In this document: one piece after another, positions 29,534-31,556 of the stretch
Numbering within the stretch: the first letter of the stretch is position 1
Layout: each line of letters opens with the position of its first letter
Source: Bdellovibrionia bacterium
GTDB taxonomy: Bacteria; Bdellovibrionota; UBA1018
NCBI GenBank assembly: GCA_049424145.1
Contig: JBMSSC010000015.1
Span: 1 to 31,556, forward strand
Length of the DNA: 31,556 bases
Direction: 5' to 3'
Made by a program: the position numbers and the translations under genes
The notes under the pieces: model-generated
The model's input: the letters and a program-made list of their open reading frames with translations, nothing else
The model's database searches: none
Told to the model about the DNA's origin: nothing

Positions 29534-31324
29534 TTAGCCCAATCCTGACTCTTTCACATTGAGAATCTTCGGAGTGATAAAAATGAACAACTCGGAACGA
29601 CTCGTATTGTCGGACTCATCCCCGAAAAGAGCTCCAATGAGGGGCAATTTTCTTAAAATAGGAAATCCAGAGCTCGTTCGATTGGTCTCCATCGTATAAA
29701 TTCCCCCAATCACCAAGGTCGAGCCGCTCTCGACCAGCACGGTGGTTTTGATGTTTCGATTACCCACCGCATTCCCCCCAACAAGTGCCACGGGTACATC
29801 CTTACTGACGGTGAGTTCCATTAAAACACTGCCATCATTGGTGACCGTGGGCCGCACATCGAGTGAAATATTCGCCTGAGCAATCGTCGTGGCAGGAATC
29901 ACCTGACCCGTTTGTGCCGTCGTGGTTGTAGGAACTAAAACGGGAGTGCTTTGAACGATGGACGAGCTTTCTTTATTGAGCACCACGGTCTTAGGCGAGG
30001 AGACCACTTTGAGCTGGTTTTCGCTTTCCCCCCAACTTAAAACGGCATTCAGTCGAGCCATTCCAGGCAAAAAACTCAGCGTCGGCGAAAGACCAAAAGA
30101 TCCATTTCGGGAACTGGCCGCCCCGGTACCGTTTGAAATAGCCGCGCCTGTCGCATAAACCCCTCCTGTCCCCAAAAGTGGATCCAGAGGATTACCCCCA
30201 GCGAAACTTGCAAACCCACTGGTCTCCCCTGAGGATCCAAACCCCAGGCTTCCCGTCAATGATTGCGTGAAGCCCTCAGTGGCCTCCACCACCTTAGCCT
30301 CAATCATCACTTGAGGCGTTTGAGTATCTAAAGCCTCAATCAACTTTTTGACTTTCTCCAGCTTCTCCACCGAATCATGAACTACGATGGAGTTGGTTCG
30401 ATCGTCAATTTGAACAATTGGTGTATCGCTCAGCCCTGGAATACCGCCTTCGGAAGGCTGAGAGCCAATAAACTTTGAAAGCAGGGCCTGCAAATCCGGG
30501 AGCCTAGCATAGCTAATGGGAAAAACACGAGTGACCAAAGGCATGGCGGCCTTCGCTGCTTTGATCGCTTGCAACTCGGCTGTTTTTTCAGCAGTTAAAT
30601 TCGCAAGCGTACTGACTCTTAAAATATTGTTCGATCGCTCTGCACCCAAATGCAAGGTATGAAGCACCACATCCAAAGCCTGATCCCAAGGCACATCCAC
30701 AAGAGACAGGGTGATCTTACCTTTGACATCGTCACCAATGATCACGTTAAAACCACTGGCCTCTCCAATCAGTCGCAAGACATCCTGCACCTCAACATCT
30801 CTGAGTTGGAGGGTTACGGGTTTACCGGTAAACTTTTGATTCTCTTTGTTCTCAATAAACTCGTCGAGATAACTCCTGTTTGCCTTTTTCGAGGGGTCGT
30901 CATCACCGAGAGAAGGATAAATTAAGACCCGCAACCGATTGCCCGAAGGGAGGAGCTCCACGTCAGGGAGAGCCTTGAACTGCAACGCAATGCGAACTCC
31001 AGTCGCCTGCCCCTCCATGGGGTAAGGGCTAATCCGACTTAAATTCGGACTGAGAGCGGTCGTATCAATCGCCTGCGTAGCACTGCCCTCAAGCGGTGCC
31101 TCTTTGATCTCTAAGATCACCTGTCGGTCCGCTTGAGAAATCTGCTTCTGAGCATCAATTGGCCCATCAGCATCAATCACGAGCTCCTGAGGATTGAGGC
31201 TGGCATCAAAATTCAGGGAAACGATATTGGTCACGGCCCAAAGTTTTGGAACTCCCCCACTCAGCAACACTGCTCCCAGGATCCTCAGCGCTCTTAGGCT
31301 CATCCATCTTCTCTCCACCATCAT
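29534..31324 (-). CDS. pilQ: Type IV pilus secretin PilQ
   Basis: Signal peptide, AMIN-like domain, FTGKPVTLQLRD...VPWDQALDVVL N0 domain, DDRTNSIVV N-domain, PQVMIEAKVVE and SGFPILRKLPLIGALF...ELFIFITPKI secretin motifs. AAGGAGG RBS before ATG 31324. Confidence 0.95.
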   Translation of the reverse strand: MMVERRWMSLRALRILGAVLLSGGVPKLWAVTNIVSLNFDASLNPQELVIDADGPIDAQKQISQADRQVILEIKEAPLEGSATQAIDTTALSPNLSRISPYPMEGQATGVRIALQFKALPDVELLPSGNRLRVLIYPSLGDDDPSKKANRSYLDEFIENKENQKFTGKPVTLQLRDVEVQDVLRLIGEASGFNVIIGDDVKGKITLSLVDVPWDQALDVVLHTLHLGAERSNNILRVSTLANLTAEKTAELQAIKAAKAAMPLVTRVFPISYARLPDLQALLSKFIGSQPSEGGIPGLSDTPIVQIDDRTNSIVVHDSVEKLEKVKKLIEALDTQTPQVMIEAKVVEATEGFTQSLTGSLGFGSSGETSGFASFAGGNPLDPLLGTGGVYATGAAISNGTGAASSRNGSFGLSPTLSFLPGMARLNAVLSWGESENQLKVVSSPKTVVLNKESSSIVQSTPVLVPTTTTAQTGQVIPATTIAQANISLDVRPTVTNDGSVLMELTVSKDVPVALVGGNAVGNRNIKTTVLVESGSTLVIGGIYTMETNRTSSGFPILRKLPLIGALFGDESDNTSRSELFIFITPKILNVKESGLG

Positions 31325-31401
31325 GCACACCTCCTTCAATCCCCACTTCATCGTTGACCAATCCCTGCTTGAAGATAAGCGGCCCAGCCCATTGTAAACG
31401 T

Positions 31402-31554
31402 TCAGTTCCGTTTTTCAGCCATCCCACCGGAAATCTTCGAGGCAGCCTGAACTTCCTCATCCGTTAACGGGCTCTCCCGATTCTGAGAGATGGACCCAGC
31501 TGAGGGTGGTGCGTCACCCCGATCATCACCCTCCGAATCAGGAGCACCCTTCTG
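31402..31554 (-). CDS. C-terminal 50 aa of an upstream gene (pilP by synteny only)
   Basis: Open frame from the right edge: QKGAPDSEGDDRGDAPPSAGSISQNRESPLTDEEVQAASKISGGMAEKRN*; low complexity and no diagnostic motif. Confidence 0.5.
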   Translation of the reverse strand, partial: QKGAPDSEGDDRGDAPPSAGSISQNRESPLTDEEVQAASKISGGMAEKRN

Positions 31555-31556
31555 TT

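Overview
Origin-proximal chromosomal segment of a Bdellovibrionota/Oligoflexia-like (former deltaproteobacterial) bacterium; the taxonomy is inferred from gene content and synteny. Nearly all core genes are on the minus strand. From right to left they are: end of a probable pilP, pilQ, a TPR gene, efp, accB, accC, a Bd2492/SgmX-like TPR gene, tamB, a TamA/BamA-like gene, tRNA-Arg(CCG), mnmG, rsmG, parA, parB, a bactofilin, a split ATP synthase operon (b', b, delta, alpha, gamma, beta, epsilon; no a or c), and a large secreted protein missed by the ORF track that runs off the left edge. Two perfect parS palindromes lie in and just after rsmG. A ~5.2-kb plus-strand conflict island sits between mnmG and the tRNA 3' end. 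It holds a signal-peptide-bearing unknown protein, a signal-peptide-bearing PT-TG polymorphic toxin with its immunity gene, a 655-bp tandem duplication of toxin tip plus immunity whose only differences are four clustered A>G changes, and a probable toxin-antitoxin pair with a nonsense-interrupted toxin and an intact XRE antitoxin. This island is the best candidate for an undescribed system.
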